44,058 nt of DNA, taken from the NCBI GenBank assembly GCA_034408725.1, contig JAWXCN010000201.1:1-44058 (forward strand). Reading direction: 5' to 3'. The notes under the pieces were generated by a model. The model worked only from the letters and a program-made list of their open reading frames with translations. It ran no database searches and was not told the origin of the DNA. This document shows positions 37,288 to 44,058 of this stretch, one piece after another (the stretch's first letter is position 1; the number at the start of each line of letters is the position of its first letter). Source of the stretch: Candidatus Hydrogenedentota bacterium (GTDB lineage Bacteria > Hydrogenedentota > Hydrogenedentia > Hydrogenedentales > SLHB01). The translations under genes and the position numbers were made by a program.

Positions 37288-38355
37288 ATGCTCGATCCTA
37301 CACAAGCCATACGCGGTCGCGGAGCAACCAAGAACCCGCGGAACCGCTTCGATGAGATTGCCTACGTCCGCGACGAGGAATGGGACGAGGCCGAATTGCC
37401 GCGCCCGGACACGCAGTTTCTGGCGGATCATTCGAAAACAATCGTCGCGACGAACGACAGCCCTGATGTGGGGTTTGAAGCAAGTGTTAACCCGTATCGC
37501 GGATGCGAACACGGGTGCATCTACTGTTATGCGCGGCCGACACACGAGTATTTTGGATATTCGGCTGGGCTGGATTTCGAGACAAAGATTTTCGTGAAGT
37601 ATGAAGCGCCGGAGCTCTTGCGCAAACACCTGCTGTCGAAAAAATGGGAGCCGAAAACAATCGTCCTCTCCGGCGTGACGGACCCGTATCAGCCGATTGA
37701 ACGGAAACTCGAACTCACGCGGCGTTGCCTGCAGGTGCTCGCTGAGTTTCGCAATCCCTGCGGAATCATCACGAAGAACCGGTTGGTCACGCGGGACGTT
37801 GATGTGTTGAAGGAACTCGCCGCGTCGAATTGCGCCGTGGTGCATATCAGCATTACTACGCTGGACATTCCGTTGAACCGCATCATGGAACCGCGAACGT
37901 CGCTGCCTCAACAACGGCTGGACGCAGTGAAGGCGCTTGCCGATGCAGGCATTCCCGTAGGTGTGATGATGGCGCCCGTGATACCCGGATTGACCGATGA
38001 GGAGATTCCCAGCGTGGTCGAAGCCGCTGCCGCGGCTGGGGCGACACAAGCGGGGTTTGTCATGCTGCGTTTGCCACATGCGGTCGCGCCACTGTTCGAG
38101 GCGTGGCTCGAGGAGCACTATCCACTCAAGAAAGAGCGTGTGCTGAACCGCGTGCGCGGAATGCGCGGCGGAAATTTGTATCATTCCGAGTTCGGGTCGC
38201 GCATGCGAGGCGAAGGGTTTCACGCGGACCAAATCGCGAGCCTGTTCAAAATATCCTGCGCAAAATACGGTTTGAACAAAGCGCGGACGAAGCTGGATAC
38301 CGCGTCTTTCAGGCGGCCGGAAGAGGGACAACTCGAATTGTTTTCCTCGCGGTAA
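37288..38355 (+). CDS. PA0069/Rv2578c-family radical SAM protein (SplB-like, DNA-repair associated)
   Basis: GRGA..N..NRF, NPYRGCEHGCIYCYARPTHEY (CxxxCxxC), TDPYQP, C-terminal QLELF. Confidence 0.93.
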   Translation: MLDPTQAIRGRGATKNPRNRFDEIAYVRDEEWDEAELPRPDTQFLADHSKTIVATNDSPDVGFEASVNPYRGCEHGCIYCYARPTHEYFGYSAGLDFETKIFVKYEAPELLRKHLLSKKWEPKTIVLSGVTDPYQPIERKLELTRRCLQVLAEFRNPCGIITKNRLVTRDVDVLKELAASNCAVVHISITTLDIPLNRIMEPRTSLPQQRLDAVKALADAGIPVGVMMAPVIPGLTDEEIPSVVEAAAAAGATQAGFVMLRLPHAVAPLFEAWLEEHYPLKKERVLNRVRGMRGGNLYHSEFGSRMRGEGFHADQIASLFKISCAKYGLNKARTKLDTASFRRPEEGQLELFSSR

Positions 38356-38364
38356 TCCCCTGCC

Positions 38365-40422
38365 CTATTCCTTCGGCGGCAATGCGGTCCGCAACTCATC
38401 CTGCCTGAGTCCGATCAGTTCGAATGGAATGGGCACAAATCCCGGCAGCACTTTGTAGACGATTGAATCGTCGCGCAACCCAAAGTTTTTCGCGGCGGCA
38501 TTAACGAAACCGGGATCAGTCCGGTACACAAATGAATCGCGGATGGCCCAATTTCCATCGACTGTGTTTTCGCACTGGACAATGACGTTGCGGTCAGCGC
38601 GGTTGACGCGGGGTTGTTTGCCGGATTCCATAAAGTTGCGCAATTCCGGATAGCGCTCCGTGTACGGCGGCTTTGTGATATCGACCTCCTTCAACAATTT
38701 GTCCTGCCACAACGGTTCGCCAAGCCATTGCTCCCAATACGCGTCCGGCCACGGGGATGCGCCCATGGCGCGTTTGCACTCGATGAAAATATTGTTCTCG
38801 ACGAGGTTGTCGTGTCCGCCGTGGCTAAACACAGCTCCGAATCCGCCGCCCGCCGCACGGTAGAAGACATTGCCGTAGACCTGCTGGCCGCCTGCGCCGT
38901 CATCGAAATAGATCGCGCAACTGCCGTGGGCCATCTCGCTGCCAAGGTCATGCCAGTAATTGTAGCGCAGAATCGTGCCGCGCTCGGAGGGATTCCGGCC
39001 CATGTAGAACGCGCCGCAATCGTCGCTGTCCATGCCGATGCGATAGATGTCGTTGTACTCGATGAGGTGATCGTTGCCGCCGATGGTAATCGCCTGGTGC
39101 GGAGCGTCGTGAATGCTGTTGTGCGCGACGTGGATGCCAGCACCGCCAAGCAAGAGATTGTAGGCGTGCGTGCGTTGGCGTTGAGAGACATTATAGATAT
39201 CGTTGTTGACTATGCGGTGATACGAGGATGACAGCGTTTTGCGATCACCCCCGCTGGCTTGAATACCAGTTGTGCCGATTTCACGAATGTCGCACGCCTC
39301 GATGCTGTGATGCGTGCCGTTCTCGAGGATAATGCCTTCAAGCCCGGTATTGCTCACTGTACATGCGGCAATTCTCACATGCGACCCGCCGGAAACGCGA
39401 ACCGCGGCGCCCATGGTTTCTTCTATGGCGAATCCGCGAATGGTGAGATGTGAAGCGTTTCGAATATCAATGACCGGTTCTTTGAGAATCGATACTGCCA
39501 GTTTCGAGTCCGCGACCGGGGCATTCGGATAGTAATAGACCAGACCAGCGTCCCGATCTATAAAGTATTCGCCAGCCTGATCGAGTTCTTCAAGCAGATT
39601 AAGCGCGATGTATCGGCGCGGCGCGGGATTTCCGCTTCCGATGCCATAGTGATGCTGCTTCGCGAGCCTGATGTGGCGTTTTTCAGAGTCGATTGCGCCG
39701 ACCCGGATCGTTTCGATGGACCAATCGAAGCACCAATATCCTTGCAACCACACGGCGGGCGCGGTGCTCCAGCGTGCAGACCGATCGCCGCTATATTCGA
39801 ATACGCCGAGCGCATCGGATGCGTAATTGCGCCACGGAGCAGGGCCACTTTCGATGACCGAAGCAATTTCTGCCCAACCTTCATTCGGCCAACGCGCAAG
39901 CGTTTGACGCTGTCCGTTCACAAAGAATTCCGCAACTGACGGTGCGGACTCAAAGCCATCGGGAAAAAGTCCGTATTCCGTGATAGCGGCTGCGCGAAGG
40001 TCAGCGACCAGAACGTTGTCTCGCGCGGCTTCGTCCAGGCGTTTGCGAATCGCTTCGTCAGTAACGCTTCCAAACTGTCCCGCGGGCAAATTGATAGCGC
40101 CCGTCAAAACAACGGACTCATTTTCCGCTGCACGATAGCTGATCGGCGCGTCAACTGTGCCGCTGTCCCGTTCGTCGAGCGCGAACGATTGTGCAAGTGG
40201 ATAAGCGCCGCCGTGGACCCATACCGTCACCCCGCCCGGGGGAAGCGTGCCGGTATTTTTCAGAGAACGGATGGCATCGCGAGATTCACTGAGCGTTGAA
40301 TACTGGATGGTGTGCCCATTGACTTGTGGTTGATCGCTGTTCGATACGTGCAACTCGGTAACGTCCGCAAATGCTCCTACACACGCGATCAATGGCGCCA
40401 TTATTGCCCTATATGCGTTCAC
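38365..40422 (-). CDS. Right-handed parallel beta-helix protein (start placed at GTG 40422 after GGAGG)
   Basis: ARWPN, NLLEELDQAGE, repeated N.I.. motifs, DCGAFY, IYFDDG, NNIF, DPGFVN. Confidence 0.88.
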   Translation of the reverse strand: MNAYRAIMAPLIACVGAFADVTELHVSNSDQPQVNGHTIQYSTLSESRDAIRSLKNTGTLPPGGVTVWVHGGAYPLAQSFALDERDSGTVDAPISYRAAENESVVLTGAINLPAGQFGSVTDEAIRKRLDEAARDNVLVADLRAAAITEYGLFPDGFESAPSVAEFFVNGQRQTLARWPNEGWAEIASVIESGPAPWRNYASDALGVFEYSGDRSARWSTAPAVWLQGYWCFDWSIETIRVGAIDSEKRHIRLAKQHHYGIGSGNPAPRRYIALNLLEELDQAGEYFIDRDAGLVYYYPNAPVADSKLAVSILKEPVIDIRNASHLTIRGFAIEETMGAAVRVSGGSHVRIAACTVSNTGLEGIILENGTHHSIEACDIREIGTTGIQASGGDRKTLSSSYHRIVNNDIYNVSQRQRTHAYNLLLGGAGIHVAHNSIHDAPHQAITIGGNDHLIEYNDIYRIGMDSDDCGAFYMGRNPSERGTILRYNYWHDLGSEMAHGSCAIYFDDGAGGQQVYGNVFYRAAGGGFGAVFSHGGHDNLVENNIFIECKRAMGASPWPDAYWEQWLGEPLWQDKLLKEVDITKPPYTERYPELRNFMESGKQPRVNRADRNVIVQCENTVDGNWAIRDSFVYRTDPGFVNAAAKNFGLRDDSIVYKVLPGFVPIPFELIGLRQDELRTALPPKE

Positions 40423-40540
40423 AAATGCCTCCCCTTTTCGTAATGAATGAGTATCTCGATCCCGGAGGATGCAGATCAAGCAAAGTACGAATATTTCCGG
40501 ATCGTGTAAGATTGGGCGAACCGAACTTTCGAGGGCTATC

Positions 40541-41527
40541 ATGCGCTACGTAGAATTTGGAAACACCGGCATCCGTGTTTCAGAGGTTTGCCTGGGCACA
40601 ATGACTTTCGGAAAGGAAGCCGATGAGGCGGCGTCTATCGCGATCATGCAGCGCTCGCTGGACGCGGGCATCAATTTCTTTGACACCGCGGACATTTACA
40701 ACAAGGGTCTGACCGAGGAGATCATTGGACGCTGGCTGATCGGCCCGATTCGCAGTGACGTGGTGTTGGCGTCCAAAGTTCACTTTCCAACCGGCCCCGG
40801 ACCGAACGACTACGGAAGTTCGCGCCGCCACATCATACTTGGGGTGGAACAGAGTCTAAAACGATTGCAGACGGAATGGCTCGACATTCTGTATCTGCAC
40901 CATTGGGACGAGCATACGGCGATTGAAGAATCGCTTGCGGCGATCACGTCCTTGCAGGAACAGGGCAAAGTCCTCTATGGCGGCGTGTCCAACTTCTCCG
41001 CATGGCAGACGATGAAGGCAATCGGTGTAGCGCGCGCAAACGGGTATGCGCAGGTGACGTGCATCCAGCCAATGTACAACCTGGTTAAGCGGCAGGCGGA
41101 AGTGGAGATACTGCCGCTTGCGTTGTCGGAAGGCTTGGCGGTGTGTCCGTATAGTCCCATTGCCGCTGGATTATTGACGGGGAAATATCTACGCGGCGAA
41201 GGCGGGCGCATCAAAGAACATCCGATGTACGCCGAGCGATATAAGCGCGAAGAGTATTCGGAGATTGCGCAGCGGTTTGTTGACTACGCCCAATCGCACG
41301 GATACGGCGCATCGGGATTAGCGACGCGATGGGTCATCGATCACCCCGCGGTAACCTCTGCGATAATCGGCGCGCGTAACCTTGAACAATTGGGTCAGGC
41401 ACTGGCCTGCGCGGACATTCGACTCACACCCGAAGAGCGCGCCGGAATTACCGCCCTGTCCATTGACCCGCCACTCGCGACCGACCGTGAACCCACGTCG
41501 ATTGCAATGGATTTATTGAAGAAATAG
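40541..41527 (+). CDS. Aldo/keto reductase
   Basis: CLGTMTFG, FFDTADIY, ASKV, SLKRLQTEWLD, GVSNF, QPMYNL, YSPIAAGLLTGKY, IIGAR. Confidence 0.95.
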   Translation: MRYVEFGNTGIRVSEVCLGTMTFGKEADEAASIAIMQRSLDAGINFFDTADIYNKGLTEEIIGRWLIGPIRSDVVLASKVHFPTGPGPNDYGSSRRHIILGVEQSLKRLQTEWLDILYLHHWDEHTAIEESLAAITSLQEQGKVLYGGVSNFSAWQTMKAIGVARANGYAQVTCIQPMYNLVKRQAEVEILPLALSEGLAVCPYSPIAAGLLTGKYLRGEGGRIKEHPMYAERYKREEYSEIAQRFVDYAQSHGYGASGLATRWVIDHPAVTSAIIGARNLEQLGQALACADIRLTPEERAGITALSIDPPLATDREPTSIAMDLLKK

Positions 41528-41625
41528 TTGTTGCCCGATCTCTGAACTATTAACAACAGACCATGAAACTTCTCAACACTCCTCAGAACAACTGACACAT
41601 ATTGCCTAAAGGTTTCTGAATAACT

Positions 41626-43803
41626 TTAGTTCCGGCCCTTCTTCGCCGCGCCCCACTGAATGATTTCGCGGGCCTTCTTGCTGAGGGTTGCAAGCGCTTC
41701 AAGTTTCGGGGTGATGCGTTGGATGGCTCCTGCCTGCATTTGTTTCAACGCGTGCTCTTCATCGTTGATCGCCGTAATCTGGCTTTGGATTGCGGCGGTT
41801 GCCTTGTCAAGCACCGTGCTGACTTTCAATGTAAATGAATCCGCGCGCGAGCCGGCGGCTTCGCGCAACTGGCTGTGAACGTCTTTCGCGAGCATCTGTT
41901 CTACTTTTTCTGTTATCGCATGGTTAAGCTTTTGCTTGCGAACGGCGTCGGCGCCGCCCGCGCGCACCAGCAGACCAACGATCCCTCCAAGGACAAAGCC
42001 CAGAATCGCTCCGCCAATCGCCCCGACCTGGTTCGCGGGAGGCAACGCCGTGCCGAGGCGTTCCGCGAGTTGCACTGACTGAATGATATTGTCATTCACC
42101 AGTGCGTATCCCGCCGCGCCCAATGCCAGTGCACCAACGATTGCGCCAACAATCGCAAACCCGAAATACGATCCTCCCATCTCCGCGTGCAGCGCGACCA
42201 CGCCCGTGTTTGACACCGAGATTGGCCCGCGCCTATCGAGGGGATCAGTTTCCCCGACCAGTTTTGTGAGCTCGCCGCGGACGCTTTCTTCGTTCGCCTG
42301 CATCTCCGTGTTGACGCGAGATTGCGTATGGTCGACGAATTCCGTAATGAGGCGTTCGAGTTGACTCGCGAGAGGTTTGTACCCGTCGCGCTTCGCCGAC
42401 TTAAGGTTGTCGCCGGTGTCCACCCATGAGCGAATGGGTTTGAGCACCGCGTCTTCTATCGCAAGTTTGTCGAACAGGTCTTCAAGTACCGTCGTGGCAT
42501 GCGCCTGCTTTTCAGAGTTGGACAACCGGATGCGTTGTGCGTTCGCACGAAACTCGGATAGCTGCTGCTCCAGGCGAACACGGTTCTTTTCAAGGTCTTC
42601 GAGTTTGGGGATGTTCCTGGCCTGTTCCAGTTTCATCTCGAGCGGGCGCGTATATTTCCAGGCGGTTTCGTCCACGAAGTTGCAGACAGAATCGACGACA
42701 GCGCCTTCGGCGTTCTCCGTGTAAAGGTATTCAAGGATGCGCTGCCGCAACCCCGCGAAATTACTACGGCTAAGCAAATACTGCGCGGTTGCCTTGATCG
42801 GGTCGGGGCTAGCCTGCAATTCCTTGTGTATCGCGTACGGAATACGCAGCTTGGGATGCGCCTCGACCTCCGCGAGGGTGACTCGGCCCGACGCCAGTTG
42901 TTCACCCGCGAGCGCGTATAAACTGGATACAAAAAATATTTCGGGGTTTTTCACGACACCTTGAAGGCTGCGGAGAAGGTCTTTGCCAGGACCACGATGC
43001 CCCGTCGGGTCAATTTCCTGTTCGGTTAAGTGGTCCGCCTTATTAATGACCATGAAAACTTTTCGATTCGCGGGTTGGATAACGCTCGCGATGAAATCCC
43101 GGCTTTGCTCGTTGCCGGCGTTTTGGCTGTCCAACATGCAAATCACCAAATGGCTCGACGGCACAACTTCGCGCGCAATGCGGTTGTTCGTTTGGACGAT
43201 GCTGTGTACGCCGGGCGAATCAATCAGCGAAATGTCGTCTGCCACGCGATCGTTGGGGATGTAGATATACAATTCCTCGAACTTCGTCCGCAAAGTTGCA
43301 AGACTGGGAAAATCGTCGTCACTGCTCATCGTGATCAACGTTTTCAATGTGCCGTTTACGGACTTTGGGTTGTGTTCGGGATATGCCAACACGAGTTGCC
43401 CGCGTTGCGTGTCCTGCGACACATCGACGAAAATATTCAGGTCCCGATGCACGTTTCGCAGGGCGTTTAGTTCCTCCTCGGTTGCGGGTGCATTCATCAT
43501 CAGCACAGTTTTCATGGAATCGCCGCGAACGACATGGGTCAGCTTTGTCGTGCATTCTTCCAGAATTGTTGGGAGGTACTCCTCCCCGAGATACGCGTTG
43601 ATGAGTGTTGACTTGCCAACATTGAACGCGCCAAGAATCAGCGCCCGATATTTCCCCTCGATCAGATTTCGGCGATTGCGCTCAATCTGCGTGCGTTCTG
43701 CGTCTGGCGTGTCGTCGATGTCCCCATCTGACACAAACTGGTTCAATGTATCCAATGCGTCAATGACCCAGGTACGGTTCGCGTTATGCTGTTCGATGCT
43801 CAT
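41626..43803 (-). CDS. Bacterial dynamin-like GTPase
   Basis: G1 GAFNVGKS, G2 region LPTILEECT, G3 DSPG, G4 NKAD; coiled coils and two Gly-rich hydrophobic segments. Confidence 0.88.
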   Translation of the reverse strand: MSIEQHNANRTWVIDALDTLNQFVSDGDIDDTPDAERTQIERNRRNLIEGKYRALILGAFNVGKSTLINAYLGEEYLPTILEECTTKLTHVVRGDSMKTVLMMNAPATEEELNALRNVHRDLNIFVDVSQDTQRGQLVLAYPEHNPKSVNGTLKTLITMSSDDDFPSLATLRTKFEELYIYIPNDRVADDISLIDSPGVHSIVQTNNRIAREVVPSSHLVICMLDSQNAGNEQSRDFIASVIQPANRKVFMVINKADHLTEQEIDPTGHRGPGKDLLRSLQGVVKNPEIFFVSSLYALAGEQLASGRVTLAEVEAHPKLRIPYAIHKELQASPDPIKATAQYLLSRSNFAGLRQRILEYLYTENAEGAVVDSVCNFVDETAWKYTRPLEMKLEQARNIPKLEDLEKNRVRLEQQLSEFRANAQRIRLSNSEKQAHATTVLEDLFDKLAIEDAVLKPIRSWVDTGDNLKSAKRDGYKPLASQLERLITEFVDHTQSRVNTEMQANEESVRGELTKLVGETDPLDRRGPISVSNTGVVALHAEMGGSYFGFAIVGAIVGALALGAAGYALVNDNIIQSVQLAERLGTALPPANQVGAIGGAILGFVLGGIVGLLVRAGGADAVRKQKLNHAITEKVEQMLAKDVHSQLREAAGSRADSFTLKVSTVLDKATAAIQSQITAINDEEHALKQMQAGAIQRITPKLEALATLSKKAREIIQWGAAKKGRN

Positions 43804-44058
43804 ACTTCAATCCTCGGAATGGTTGATATACTCTTGGCGGGTGAGATCGTGGAGATCGTCTCGGGATATTGCAAGTGAAAAACGGGGCGGTGAAAAAAAT
43901 CTGTTAACGATTGACAGGAGTGTCAATTCCCCGGATTGCGCGTAGTACGGTTAGGAGTGGGGCCGCCGCTAACGGACATTCCAATAATCGCCGGGGTTTC
44001 TCCGACGAGCCGGTCATCAATCGTGCCGAACAACTGGCTGATATTCGATATGAAAATC

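Noticed and set aside
37282-38331. 349-aa minus-strand ORF
   Set aside because: Antisense shadow of the radical SAM gene.
43804-44058. Possible 3' end of an upstream minus-strand gene
   Set aside because: Several short frames are open and none is identifiable; it cannot be called from this fragment.

Overview
A GC-rich bacterial chromosomal window, mostly encoded on the minus strand. In order it carries: a DtxR/MntR-regulated Mn/Zn/Fe ABC uptake operon (truncated at the left edge); an ECF sigma factor with a zinc-finger/FecR anti-sigma; a glycosyltransferase, manA and an MBL hydrolase; an mgtE-trpDCFBA-pilD-aroC block; proS; a four-gene sugar catabolic operon whose oxidoreductase has an in-frame TAA; and a signalling island. 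The island consists of a membrane Ser/Thr kinase, an ELWxxDGT-repeat protein and an FHA-GAF sigma54 activator, followed by a sigma54 promoter with a paired enhancer site, three micro-ORFs, a structured RNA region, a fourth small ORF and a sensor-less hybrid histidine kinase. After it come a PHP phosphatase, an MFS transporter, secreted hydrolases, a PA0069-like radical SAM protein, an aldo/keto reductase and a dynamin-like GTPase. The most unusual elements are the kinase-to-sigma54-to-microprotein module, including a stand-alone copy of the activator's Fis-type HTH with a degenerate recognition helix, and two intergenic regions of about 260-365 nt packed with long hairpins whose G-U pairs point to minus-strand RNAs. 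No rRNA, tRNA, CRISPR array or transposase was seen. All calls are by-eye motif recognition; no database searches were run.
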